From Octopus vulgaris (taxonomy: Eukaryota), in contig OX597814.1 in NCBI GenBank assembly GCA_951406725.2, positions 166,222,001-166,286,000 on the forward strand: a DNA stretch of 64,000 bases, written 5' to 3'. The notes beneath the pieces are model-generated. The model made no database searches. It saw only the letters and a program-made list of their open reading frames with translations, and was not told the origin of the DNA. The translations under genes and the position numbers were made by a program. Shown piece by piece: positions 28,395 through 41,729 of the stretch (the first letter of the stretch is position 1; each line of letters opens with the position of its first letter).

Positions 28395-30057
28395 TACTGA
28401 CCTATTACCCTCATTGTTAACAACTCAAAAGTGATGAAAACAATTGCTAACAATCACTTTTTTATCATTCTGATTTTCTCTCCTCTCTGCTCACCAGTAT
28501 GTACTGAGTTAAATCAGCTACACACTTACTCTGCTATTATGTACCAGTGGTCTCTTGTCTTTAATAACTTCAGGAAAGCAATTCTATTGACCTTCTACCT
28601 TGCCCAGATTGAGAACTTCTTAGCAATGTTGCTTTCACTTTTATATTAAATCGTGACACTGACATTCCTCCTTCTGCACATTAATGATATTCTGTACCTT
28701 CTTACTCTCATACCTAATTACATGTACCATAAACATGTGATTTAACTTTTTTTTTTTTACTTTCACTCCTTTATTTCCAATACAGTGACATCGTCCACAT
28801 GCGATATACACTTTACACCAGTATATACTGCTTCCATAAGCAGAGGCCTTGAAAACAACCTTCAGTGGGGATATGATCATAATGCACTCTCATATCAATT
28901 TTGATATATGAGTGCTCATTTCAAACAACTGGACAACCCTCTCATTTAACTAGCATGCAGTGTGGCTGAATATTCCACAGACATGTGTACCCCTAACATA
29001 ATTCTCTGGTAGAAGCAGTGTGGTACTTGTTTGACAAGGCTAACTTTTGAATTACAGACACAGTTCATTCAATGGGCTTCAGTACTCTTTCTGACTAAAT
29101 TCACTCATAAGGTTTGATAAATGTCATTGGCCAAGGTACCACACTGTGGGGATAAAATCTGGGACCTTATAGTTTCAAAGTGACCTTTTTAATCACTCAG
29201 CTATGCCTGTGTCCACATCATCATCATCACCACTTAAAGTCTGTCTTCCATGCTGGCATGGGTTGGCTGGTTTACCAGGAGCTAGTAAGACCAGGGGCTG
29301 CACTAGGCTCCATTGTCTGTTCTGGCATGGTTTCTATGGTTGGATGCCCTTCCTAATGCAAACCACTCCACAGAATGTACTGGGTGCTTTTTATGTGGTA
29401 CCAGCACTGGTATCAATTTTGCTGTGGTGGATGAGTCTTCTTGAGTACAGCAAGGTGCTAGATATTTCAGTCCTTTGTCATCTCCTTCGTAAGGTTCAGT
29501 GTCTTGAGATCAATACTTCATCCCATGTCTTCTTGAGTGCTCTTTTTACAGATGACCAACCTTTAGTGAAAATCCTGAAAGTTGTTACAAATACAATCTT
29601 TGATCTCTCAAGGCAACCTAACATGTATAACTTTATTAAAACACTACCTTAATGATTAGGTTTCTTCTTTATGGCCTTTACAAGGCTCATGTGTATCTCT
29701 GATAAGAGTACTGCAGACAGATCTGGGATGGTGCTTCTATAGATGCCAATTCCTGGAGTGCTTCTCAAAAAATGGCCAAGCAGCTGATTGGCAATATAAC
29801 ACTATAACTTCAGCCTATTGACTTGTTGTTTCATTCACCTACATCTTTTTGCTGCTGTTATAATGGGTTTTGATCCTTCAAATTAGCTAACTACATACCA
29901 CTTCCTGGATCCATCAATGGCACCATATTTTAATATCTCTATGTCTTACCTACTAAATCATACACTAAACATTTTTGCTACTCACTCCTCTCCAGAACTA
30001 CAATTATTTCATGTATTTATTCTTTTACAATTGTTTTTGTTCATTTTGCATTTGTAG

Positions 30058-30189
30058 TTGTGTGAGGATTTAACAAGAAGTTTCAGTAAAGAAGGATGGC
30101 TCAGTAAGAAAGGACCCAGAGATGAACCATTCAGAAAACGGTGGTTTACATTTGATCGTAGAAAATTGATGTATTTTGAAGAACCTTTG
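30058..30189 (+). CDS. ADAP1: ADAP-like exon (start of PH2)
   Basis: ttgtag|TTG...CCTTTG|gtaagt; LCEDLTRSFSKEGWLSKKGPRDEPFRKRWFTFDRRKLMYFEEPL, retaining the basic phosphoinositide-binding K..K.R motif. Confidence 0.94.
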
Positions 30190-31060
30190 GTAAGTAATTC
30201 ATTTAATTTGATTCCTGTGTAATAACTGGATGTTAGTTAAGAAATTGAAAATTTTCAGAGGCATTGAACTGGCAGAATGGTTTGAACATCAGATAGAATA
30301 TTTCATATTTGTTGCAGCCCTCAGTACTCTGAGTTTAAATTCTGTCAAGATCAGCTTTGCATTTCATTCTTTCGGGTTTGATAAAAAACAATACTAATTC
30401 AGTGCAATGAATTGGTAAAACTGTAAGAAAATTGGACTGGATACCTTATTATATATGTTCATTTTGCTTGAGATCTGAGTTCAAATTCTACCATGTTCTG
30501 CTTCAATGATAGACTTACTCCATGATCCATTTTGACACCACCACCTGACACCTTGGGTGTCTTTAGTGGAATCCATTCTGTTGCAAGTATTTGGGCCAAG
30601 TTTTCAGTTTGGGGATAGTTTCTTCCACCAGTCTCAGAGACCTTGGAAAGGATCACGGGTACTGACTTCTCTCTTGACTTAGAAACGAAGAAGGAAAGAA
30701 AACATTAGGTCTAATATAGTAAAAATAGTGAAGAAGATAAGGTATTGGATGACTGTGTCATAGGTTATGAGTTTTCATGAAGTCACAATAATCCCAGTTT
30801 GTCTCAAAGTAAGATACTTAAATCCATTGTCTTTGGCTTCATTTTATTTTGTTGGAGAATAACTTCTGATGAAACTTACCTACTCATGATGGATACATAT
30901 GAGGTCCAGAAAGGAAATTTGTCTTATTTGCTTGCTATTACAGAAACTCTTCAAGATTAGTATACTCAAATTTGTAGTTATGTACTTTAAAAATATATAT
31001 CATTTAACCAAAAAATTGTTTATTAGTTTGAAAAAATGTTATCTTGAATTTTTCTTTCAG

Positions 31061-31286
31061 AATGCTTTTGCTAAAGGAGAAATATTTATTGGCCATAAAG
31101 ACAATTGCTATTCCATTGTGGAAGGAATACCTGCTGATGGTCGAACTGCACCTGGTTATGGCTTTACACTTCACACACCTGACAGAGACTTTTATTTGAG
31201 TGCTGACTCTAAAGGTGAAATGGAAGAGTGGATACATGAATTGACTAAAGTTACCTTGACCCCGTTAACACCCCAAGATAATAAAA
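31061..31286 (+). CDS. ADAP1: ADAP-like exon (PH2)
   Basis: tttcag|AAT...AATAAAA|gtaagt; NAFAKGEIFIGHKDNCYSIVEGIP...FTLHTPDRDFYLSADSKGEMEEWIHELTKVTLTPLTPQDNK. Confidence 0.95.
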
Positions 31287-31716
31287 GTAAGTAAAGTTTT
31301 TAGTTCATAATTTTATATTGTTTCTCCTTCTGTACTTTGTGGTAAGTACATATAAAGCTTCTAGTTTTATATAACAGTAGACTTGCAGAAAAATATCAGA
31401 TTCTTTGGTCCAGTTCCTCTAAGTTAGTAATTAAACTTTTGGTTATGTAGTCTTTTGTCATAATGATTACAGATACAAATATGATGCTATTACTATTTGC
31501 AGATTTTATATTAGTTACTTTAGAATATTTATTTGTTGTTAACTTCATCATTATTAACATCATCAACATTTTAATTGTGTCTTTCTATAATAGCATATTT
31601 CCTTTGGAGTTGTTGGCCCTTATGCAGCATTATGTACCTATACTAGCTCAGCCTTCTTTGTGTGTGTTTTTTAAAACACAGATATGCACACATGAACAAT
31701 TTCAGTATATGTGTTA

Positions 31717-31759
31717 GTACTGATGAAAGGACAATACTCCTTGAAATATGCATATACAC
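31717..31759 (+). ncRNA. Putative minimal type I hammerhead ribozyme
   Basis: gta-CTGATGA-AAGGA-caatac-TCCTT-GAAA-tatgcata-ta-cac: intact core boxes, perfect 5-bp stem II, palindromic stem III. Confidence 0.7.
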
Positions 31760-32964
31760 CCATATATATGCATGGCTGCAACTTTAAAGTTGTAACAAGT
31801 TAAAGAATATATTTAATGATGAAATAGAAAAACTTATCTTGCTTAGTCTTTGAAAGAAGCCTAAACCCTATACATGTATAGATGTTTGATTTGTTAGAAA
31901 ACAAGGCAAACCTCCCACATACCATACCTGAATGATTTTGGGTTTTTAAATATCCAATACTGGGCTGACCAATACTTTGTGAGTGCATTTGATAGGCAGA
32001 AATTGTGTGGAAGCCCAAAGCCCATCGTATATAAAATTCGTCAATTTATAACAATGAACGCTATATTTTCCTTCATTTTAAGTGTTTGTTTTTTTAAAAT
32101 ATTTTTCAAACGTTGTGTGTTGGTTTGCCAAAAGGGACTGATAGAATAAGTATCAGACATAAATAAAAAAGAATAAGCACTAGGGCCAATTTGTTGGACT
32201 ACACCCTTTGTGGTTGGACTCCAGTGACTGAAATAAGTAAAAGGTGAAAGATATAATTTGTCTTAAATATACTACATCTGAATAAGCAAGACACTTGTTT
32301 CTGTCTGTCTGTCTCTCTCTGTCACTCACTATAAGCTTTCATCATCTGACACAAGATCACCTCCTTCAATGCCCCCTCCCCTCTCAAAGGATCTTTGTCT
32401 TGCAAGTTATTTAGGGACCCTGCCAGTGCTGATGATGCAACGTAAAAGCATCCATTCCACACTGTAAATTAATTGGCATTTGAAAGGGCATCAAGCTGTG
32501 AAAACCTTGCTAAAATTGATCTCACCTTTGCTTGTGTCATGTAAAATGCACTCAATACACTCTGCTAGGTTGGTGTTAGGAAAGGCATCCAGCTCTAAAA
32601 ACTCTGCCAAAACAGACACAGAAGTCTGGTGCAGGCTCCTGCCTGGCCAGCTCTGGTCAATGTTCACCTTCCATGCTAGCATGCTACCCTACGAAAACAA
32701 ACACAGAAGTCTGGTGCAGGCTCCTACCTGGCCAGCTCTGGTCAAACCATCTAGCATGAAAGATGGACATTAAATGATGATGATGAGTTTAAGATGGGTT
32801 AGTCATGAGTGGAACTTTTATTGTAGGTCTGCTTGACCAGAACTGACACAGAGCTTCACAACAATTTGTTCATATTAATATACATTTTTCATAATTTTTA
32901 TAAGTAACTGAACCTGTTAAATATAACTAATTAATTATATTTATTATAATTTGTCTTTCCTTAG

Positions 32965-33023
32965 TTGCTGCCTCGATGGTCAACAAAAGGCCTACAACTA
33001 TTTACCAAATGATGAAAAGATGA
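32965..33023 (+). CDS. ADAP1: ADAP-like probable last coding exon
   Basis: tttccttag|TTGCT...; phase 1 continuation gives IAASMVNKRPTTIYQMMKR-TGA, followed by a long repeat-poor AT-rich tract. Confidence 0.75.
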
Positions 33024-35945
33024 AATTGAAATGTCTAGGAAATGCCAAACATTTTCCTGTACCAAAATCTTCAAAACAATCTGCCTTGCTATTGATTTTG
33101 AGAGGACTGACTAAATTACTGCTGCTACTTCTACTACTACTTCTACTACTACTACTACTATTCCAAAATATTGATCATCTTCGTTGTTGTCATTGTCACT
33201 GTCATCATATTGTACCAGAAATACCAGAGCATAGTTTTGGAGGAATGATACTTCTTATTCATCTTGGTATCACTTAGATTAAATATGGAGCCTTATTGTT
33301 AACCATTTCAGGCACCTAAAAGGGCTCATCTGATTATAAAATTTAAAATCAAAATTAATACAACAGCAACAAGACTTAAAATGATAATAAATAATTGTTG
33401 CATTCTTCAAAATATATTCCTTCCTTGAAACTGAACATATTTAATATCATATGAAACGTTGAGCCAGAATATAAATAGGCAATCATATACATACATATAT
33501 ATTTATACTTAATTTCTGTAGTCAATCTCTGTTACAATATCTTTGAATTGTTCCAGTTGTATTGTTTCTGGTTGTTTTTTCTTGCTGATCTAAAATTATT
33601 GGTTCCAAAGAAGTCATTCTCATGTCTTTTTTCTTCCCCTTTGGTAGTTATTTGGTTTGTCTCCTCTTCAAACTTTAGCAATAAAAGTAAAGATTATTTT
33701 TTAATTAATAACATTTACAGTGCACTCTTGATTGACTTTTGTTAGTATTTTAGAAACTGGTGTGTTTCTAATAAGACTGACTGGAAACTGTTGCTTGTTG
33801 TTGCTCTAGTTGGAGCCAAAGTAAGAGTTGTTGGAAGGTATCATCTTGTGATATTTTTAATTTGGACTATTACATTCCTAATTTTTCTTTTTTAATGAAA
33901 ATGTTTTACTATTGTAGCAACTGTAAAATCTTTATTTTTTAAACAGATGTGTATTTTATTTACATGTTTCAACAAGCCTTTTAAAATGTCAACTTTTCCA
34001 TTATTCATTAGTAATCTTTGTTCATCTTGTATATATTGTTCATCTGATAACACTGAAGAAATAGCCATTTGTTCTATGGATGTGAACATTGTCATAAATC
34101 TAGGTTGTTATAACTTGCCCTATTAGACCTCTTTCATATACTAAGCCTTACATTGCAAGAGTTGTGAACCAGTATTAAACAAATTAAATATCCCTACAAG
34201 TGTTTAATTTGTATTCAGACATACTGTTTAGTTTTGGATGCTATGTTGTGACTATGGGCTGGAAAGTTAGTGAGTAGCCATGGTTTATATTGAATGTTGT
34301 TTGGTAAAGATACAAATAAAATTAACCTCTTGAATATTCTATGAGTAAAGCTTGATCAACAGTTTTGTATAATGTAAAGTATTTAGAATATATTTTCTTA
34401 AACTGGAATCCATTATTTTTTTTAATAGGACAATTTCTGAAAATAAATGAAATATTGTCAAATATTGGATATTATATAATTTTTGTTGAATATTAATATC
34501 AAAATTAATCCAATTAGAAATTATAAATAACCGCAAAAAGAAAAGTGAAATACTTTTTGTATCTGAATGCCTTGTTGTATGTAAATTGGTATCTTCAAAT
34601 CTATTGAGCTGAAATAATGTAAGGTCAGTTTGGTAAGTTACAATATATTAAAGTAACATACATCTACAGTCAATGTTGTGATTACTTATTTACAATTGAC
34701 CAATTTACTCTTCTTTATTACTATAAATGACAGACAATCAGATTGAGAAAAATGACTTAAATATTTCTGACTTCACAAAGGTAAAAACTCTGTGCAAATC
34801 AACTTTAATTGTGGTTTTTAAGCCAAGATTAATATGAATCTTAATGCCACTATAAAACACTATAGATTTATTCTTTCATTTAGATAATGCTTTTATGAAA
34901 AAGAATTGACATATATATCTTTTTGAATCAAAACTTAAGATTTTCTTCTATTCTATTTGATCCCGAGTGTAACTTTTTATTGAAAGAAAGTGTCTTTCAT
35001 ATCTATCAACTTAATATGCTTATGTACTAATTATGACATACTTGAAGTTTGTATATAAGTATATAAAAATATAATGGGTAAGAAGATAAAAAATAATCCC
35101 TTTCAAAATTTAAATATGATTTTAATAAATTAGATTAATTTATTTTTGAGAAGCTGTCTGTTAATAAGTTGATAAACTTTGACTAATATTATCCTCTACT
35201 TTTTACCAATATGAGCACCACTTGGCTGAAATTGACAGCTGATTTATTTATATTAAAATCTTAAAGATTAATACTGTTCTTGTTAATGGAATGCCATTCT
35301 ACAATTATACTGTTTCAGTACTTGAGTATCTAATAGATTTATTTTAAAACATAGATCGTGGATTATAAATATTTGAGTAAAACACCAAGAAATGGCTTAT
35401 GGAATTTTTTTTTTTTTTTTGCCCCCATTTCATTTATCTAATTTACAAATGGTTTAATATACCAAAGATTACTGTAGTAAATTTATATTTTTACAGCTTC
35501 ATGGTTCAGTTATATCAGCTCCATTATTATCAGAAAATATTTGAAATTGTTTTGTTTTTATTTATTTCTAGTTAATCTGTTTTCATAAAATATTTTGATA
35601 ACTAAAGATCAAGTATAATTTTTTTTGTAACTAGGGTATTTTCTCTAGTGAAAATTCAGTAAAAGAATAATTTCGTGTTTCCTCTGCATATCTTGTCAAA
35701 GAAGCAAGTTATTTGCTGAGTATTTTATTAGTGATCATACCTTATTCTTAGATAAATCTATTTGATGAAAATTATAATTACATTGGTGTATTATTTAATC
35801 CTGTCTTAAGATTTCAGATTTTCTTTAATTAATATTTTGATTTTTATATGGCAAACTCAAATGAAAGATTTTTTTTTATATTTCTTTTCATTCCAGAACT
35901 TCACCAGTATGTATTAACTTGCAAACTATTGACTAAATAAAATCA
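33024..35945 (+). other. Probable long 3' UTR of the ADAP-like gene
   Basis: ~2.9 kb nearly free of SINEs after the stop codon; AATAAA at ~33680, 34315, 34442, 35125 and 35936; (CTA)n at ~33115-33160; the end is uncertain. Confidence 0.5.
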
Positions 35946-36002
35946 TATTCTGAACATTATTTGTTATCATGTCTGTCCTTTTCAATTTAAACTACATTTT
36001 AT

Positions 36003-36445
36003 ATCATCATCATCATCATCATCATTTAACATTCGCTCTCCATGCTAGCATGGGTTGGACGGTTCAACTGGGGTCTGGGGAGCCCGAAGGCTGCACCAGG
36101 CCAGTCAGATCTAGCAGTGTTTCTACAGCTGGATGCCCTTTCTAACGCCAAACACTCCGAGAGTGTAGTGGGTGATTTTATGTGCCACCGACACAGGTGC
36201 CAGACGAGGCTGGCAAACGGCCACGCTCGGATGGTGTTTTTTATGTGCCACCAACACAGGTGCCAGACGAGGCTGGCGAACGGCCATGATCGGATGGTGT
36301 TTGTTATGTGCCCACAGCACGGAGGCCAGTCGATGCGGTACTGGCTACGGCCACGTTCGGATGGATTTCTTATGTGCCACCGGCACTGGTACCACAAAGA
36401 TATAAATTCCATTGATGTTCATCTATTTTGATTTGGTTTGATTTA
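36003..36445 (-). mobile_element. CAT-tailed retroposon with internal tandem units
   Basis: same family as 47445-47905. Confidence 0.85.
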
Positions 36446-37089
36446 GGTATATATGTATTTGAATAATTTTATTGATATATTATTCACTATCATCATTTAA
36501 CATCTCTTTTCCATGCTGGCATGGGTGGGACAGTTTGATAGGAGCTGATAAGCCCGAGGACTGCACCATACTCTACTGTCTGCTTTGGCATGGTTTCTAT
36601 GGCTGGATATCCTTCCTAGTGCCAACCACTTTACAAAGAGGACTGGGTGCTTTTTATATGACACCAGATCCAGTGAAGTTGCCAAGTAACTTGCAAGACA
36701 AAACCTCTCAACTGAAGCGGGTGTAGTATTGAGAGAAGTGGCTTTGTGCCAGTTGATAAGAGGATGTCTTGTAATAGAGGAAATACATAGCTACAAGACC
36801 AGATGTTTATTGAAGAAGAGAGAGTTGAATAATGGATCAAAGCTATTATTTTGTGCTTATTTTGTTGACTGCGAAGAAAGGCAGTATTAATAATGGGACT
36901 TAAACTCAAGGGACAAAACTAAGTACTGTAAAATGCATATAGTACAGTTCTCCATATTACCTAAAAAGATAATATCTTGAGCCAACAAAGACAGAATTCT
37001 ACACAACTACTCAACCTACTAGAAATAGCAGTCAAGTATTCATATATTTTAAAGGAAGCTGTGTGGTTTCTTTGCTATACACAACCTAA

Positions 37090-37144
37090 ATCTCTTTGAA
37101 GCAGTTCTCTCCCCTTAAAGGGAAGAGAACTGCTTCAAAGAGAT
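37090..37144. repeat. 55-bp near-perfect palindrome
   Basis: atctctttgaagcagttctctcccctt-a-aagggaagagaactgcttcaaagagat; 21 perfect bp, then one mismatch. Confidence 0.9.
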
Positions 37145-37368
37145 GGTGACAGCACCAGCAGTCCCCAGTCACCCCCCCCATATATGCGTGTGTGTGTGTG
37201 TGTATATATATATAAAATCATTTATTGTTCACCTTTCCATGCTTGTATAGGTTAGATGGAATTTGTCAAGGTAGATTTTCTACAAATGGATGCTCTTCTT
37301 GGTGCTACACTCCACTTGTTTTCAACTAAGGTAATATTTTCCTATAGCTATACATGTTTTATACAGAA

Positions 37369-37878
37369 CTAGCAGTATCGCCCGGCGTTACTCGGGTTTG
37401 TAAGGGAAATAACTATATAAGCATTTTTAGAGAGTTACTTCCCTTATAGATGCCAATTCGGGCTTTCTTAGCCATTTCTGTTTTGGTGTCTTCAAGCCAT
37501 GAAGTCGTTCTAAAAGAACGCTGGTCTCCTTGACAACGCTTTACGACGTTGATTTCCTTACACTCCCTTCCCCACAGCTTCACGAGGGAGGGAAGAAGGG
37601 GGAGAAGCAAACAGGTGCAGGTGTGACCATGGACGCCAACTCCGCTGCCATCGACACATGAAAAATTATGCATTAAAATGGAATAAAAAATGATGTCAAA
37701 TTATTTTTAAAATTGTAGATTCATCGGAGACGCGCGCTAATACTCAGACGGGCTCGATATGAATCACGACTATAAGATACCCGAATTTGGTTAAACTGCA
37801 CCGCAAAATGTGGGAGTAGTTAGGAATCTAAATCGAAGGGGACAGACACTCACACAACTACAGTTTTATATATATAGA
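37369..37878 (-). mobile_element. Non-autonomous Helitron
   Basis: the minus strand starts TC(tatatatataaaa) and ends CTAG; GC-rich subterminal hairpin cccgagtaacgccggg; inserted between A and T with no TSD, inside an older repeat. Confidence 0.8.
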
Positions 37879-37948
37879 TATTGGAAATTAACAAATTTGC
37901 TTGTGTAATGATGATGCTCATTTACAAATACTGTCTGATGCCTTATCG

Positions 37949-38425
37949 CAGTCTTCAGGCAATGCCCACATGGCACAACAAGCTAAAAATAGGATGATAG
38001 GATGAGAGAAAAAACGAGAAAAAGTTGAAGGTTGAAATAAAAAAAACAATAAAGAAAACAGAATGAAGCAGAAGGGTAAGAATTAGAGTTATGTTCTCTT
38101 TGACCACATAAGGCTGAAAGGATAGTAGCCTAGTCTGTGGTACAACTTAGCTAAGTCTGTTTGCAAATTGCAAAGTACCACCCTCTCAAATTTAACAGCT
38201 GTACCACAGATTCTAGGCCACTATCCTTTCAGCATTATAGTCTATGGTGAAAGAGGACATAACTGTAATTCTCCCCCTTTTGCTTTATTCTATTTTCTTT
38301 TTCATTTTCCAGTTTTTCAACTTTCTGCTTTTATATCTGCTACTTTCTCGCCTTTTCTCTTTTTTCTTTTCTCCCATCATCCTATTTTTAGCTTGTTATG
38401 CCATGTGGGTATTGCCCGATGACTG
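37949..38425. mobile_element. Fold-back/MITE-like element with ~200-bp diverged inverted arms
   Basis: cagtcttcaggcaatgcccacatggcacaacaagctaaaaataggatgat... mirrored by ...atcatcctatttttagcttgttatgccatgtgggtattgcccgatgactg. Confidence 0.75.
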
Positions 38426-39134
38426 TGTTAATGTACCAGACATGTTAGAAGATACTGTCTGAGATGCTTTTATCACATGAAACTAACAATAGTACATAAA
38501 AACATATATTATGTTTATTAAATAATATTGTCTCTCACCAGATAGAGTACATTTTTGTAGATCTTACCATCATGGAACACTACACTATATAGTACACAGA
38601 AATCAACTTAGGCAGTAAACATACATATATACACATATAAACACATGAACATACACTCACACATAAACCAAAATGGACCATGGATATCCATGTTTTGTAA
38701 AAAAATACTTTTATTTCATTTTTTTAAATTTTAAAATTTTTATTATTTATATACTTCACAATTTTCATTATCTATTATTAATCTTTATTTTTATCCTTTA
38801 TATTTATTCTTATATACTTTAATTCATTATTATTATTATTATTATTGTATTAAATAAAAATGAAAACATTAATGCATGTGCACACACATGCACACACAAA
38901 CAATAAACTTGCTTTCATCTGCTCAGTTGGAGTATTTCAATTGATCAAAATGTAAACTCTGTAATGTCCATTTTGCCGTGAAGATCTTCTACCTAGGGTT
39001 GTCAAAATGTAAACTTATATTATTATATGTGTTTTGTAATTTAAATTGGGTGCAAAGTGAAACAATTGTAGGGAATGTTAAATACTTAAATCAATTTATA
39101 TTCATTGAGTTTCTCCATTTTCAAGCTTATTAAT

Positions 39135-39930
39135 ATGTATGTATATATATATATATATATATTATTTCTATATACATGCACATATACATACACACATGTA
39201 CATATACACACATGAAAAAATACATGCACCCATGCACACACATACCAACCACACACACCACATACATACACACAACACATCCATGCACATACACAGGAAT
39301 GCACATATACCTCCACATAACAGAACCCCATGCACACTCACGCACTCATGCAGACTTACACACACATCAATGCATGTATATACATGCACACAATGCACAT
39401 ATACATGCATGCATGTACACACAACTATACACACATGCATGTGCATACACAAAAAATGCACACATGTACACAACAAACTAATACACGCAAAAAATTGCAC
39501 ATATATCCCCACACACAACTCCACATTCACACACACAAAATATACATATACACGCATACACACACATACACATGCACAGAAATGCACACATGCCTAACAC
39601 ACACAACCCCATGCACACATACACACACACACACGTACACACAACTACACATACACACACATGCACAAAAAAAGCACATAACCTCCACACACAACCCCTC
39701 GTTCACACACATGCACAGATATACACATGCATACACACACGCACATGAACTCACACATACCTCCTACACACACAACACACATGCACACAATTACACATAC
39801 ATGGGCATATGCACAAACGCACATACACACATACAGAGGAATGCACATATATTCCACACACAACCTCATGCACACACACACATACATGCACATATATACA
39901 TGCACACACGTACATATGCACGCACATACC
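39135..39930. repeat. Degenerate CA/TA low-complexity tract
   Basis: His/Thr- and Cys/Val-rich pseudo-ORFs in all frames; a similar tract lies at 44810-45070. Confidence 0.95.
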
Positions 39931-40199
39931 TCAAACTGCTAGTCAAACACCTTTCTACTGACCATTCCTCTTCGCACATGTGAAGAGAGACACATCTACA
40001 CAAAAGACTCACTCCTGCAACTGAATTCTTCCTACATTAAGCGACACAAAGTTCACTCACATATATGCTTATAAAAAGCTAAAAACACACATATACTATA
40101 TACACACACACACACACAGACTTGCATGCATGCACACATATCTCCTTCTCTTACACTCTCCTGTCTTAAAAAGAACTTTTTCTTCACCCATTCCCTTCC

Positions 40200-40410
40200 A
40201 CTCATTTCAAAATGTAACCACATGTGAATCGTAGGCGATTTTCTTCCTCCATCTTCCCTTCTACTGGACTTTCCTCTGTTTCTGAAGATGAGTGTCTGCT
40301 CAAAACATTAAACCATCTTTTTTTCTTCCCTGAGCATCTGTTAATACTTTACATGTACCATGTCCTCGCGTTGTTGTTCATTTTTGTGTTTGTTTTTTTT
40401 TAGCATTTAC
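40200..40410 (+). mobile_element. Probable Penelope-like 3' terminus with a decayed hammerhead motif
   Basis: gttt-CTGAAGA-tgagtgtctgctc-aAAA-cat-TA-aac, then a pyrimidine-rich tail ending in (TA)n. Confidence 0.45.
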
Positions 40411-40807
40411 TATATATATATATATATATATATATAACATAAGGATCCAAGTAAGTCATCAGTAAGCCTTGAGCATTTATGCAGCTAGTATAAATGACAA
40501 AAGCAGGACAATATACAGTAAAAAAAGTTTATTAACATTGTAAGTTACACACTTCATCCCATATTGAAATTATAAGAAATTTCAATAAGCTGATGGTCAC
40601 CTGACAACTCATGTAAAAATGCTGCTAAAAATCCAAGAAAGTAAAGAATGGAACAGGTAAAATATAAACTACAAATGTTTCATATCAAAGCGATGCTTGT
40701 TACAGAAGTTGTAACATGCATTAAACCAACTTAGCTTCTCTTCAGGTCCTATTACCTATAAATTGTTTACATTATGTGGAGATGAACAAATGACCAATGA
40801 AAGTATT

Positions 40808-41048
40808 AATTACAAGGTGGATCACCCAAAAAGGAAATAAGGTGGGTGCGTTTACAGATGTCATTAAGTGGAAGGAAAATAGATGCTAAGTAGAAGAGGA
40901 AAAGGAGGACTGGCAATAAAATTCCCCTACCCAAAGGCTAGTCTTCCCCACCTCCCTTTTCTCTCTCCCTAGCATCCATTTTCATTCTACTTGATGACAT
41001 CTGTAAATACATTCACTTTATTTACTTTTATAGTGACCTCTCCTCTAA
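40808..41048. mobile_element. Old MITE-like inverted repeat
   Basis: tttacagatgtcattaagtggaaggaaaatagatgcta mirrored by tagcatccattttcattctacttgatgacatctgtaaa. Confidence 0.65.
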
Positions 41049-41729
41049 TACATAGTATTTTACTTGTATTTCTCATTTAACTGAGCAGAAAAGATATTCA
41101 GCTGTAAAATTATATCTTATTGAAAGGAAAATGAAGTAAAGCTTTAAAATATGATAAAAAAATAAGATTCAAAATATTTTCTGAACAAAATAAAAATTCG
41201 ATGATTTAAATGATTATATGTGGACATTTAGAAAGCAAAGAAGAGAATATAAATGTGAGAGTCTAGTCAGACATTTTTAAAACTCACTTTCATATTCAGC
41301 TTTATATTCTTTTATTCTTTTACTTGTTTCAGTCATTTACATATTTCATATATTTGGTTAAAAATTATAATTAGTTTAGTCATAAAAAATATAATTTCTA
41401 ACAATATTGGTTTCAAATTTTAGCACAAAGCCAACATGTTTGGAGTGATGGTCAAGTTGATAACCTGAAACTCAGTGTCAACAGGTAATTATTTTATTGA
41501 CCTCAAGGAGATGAAATGCAAAGTCACGTTTGGTGGAATTTGAAACCAGAATGTAAGGATGGACAAAATGTTGCTAAGCATTTTGTCCAGAGTGCTCACA
41601 ATTGTACCAGCTTGCCACCTTATAAGTTCTAACAGTATCAAGAAATATAAATGGGAAGTAAAATTTAGAGAAAAACTTAAAAATAAAACTTCATATTCAT
41701 TGCATTTTCCAATATAGCTATTTCATTTT

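Noticed and set aside
32951-33277. 108-aa ORF with poly-Leu, resembling a membrane protein
   Set aside because: The poly-Leu is a (CTA)n microsatellite in the ADAP 3' UTR; the real exon uses another frame
39086-39983. Long His/Thr- and Cys/Val-rich ORFs (up to 217 aa)
   Set aside because: Translations of degenerate CA/TG microsatellite, open in many frames on both strands; the same applies to 44787-45148
40540-40750. Two further degenerate hammerhead-like stretches on the minus strand
   Set aside because: Core boxes have several mismatches; cannot be distinguished from chance without a family consensus
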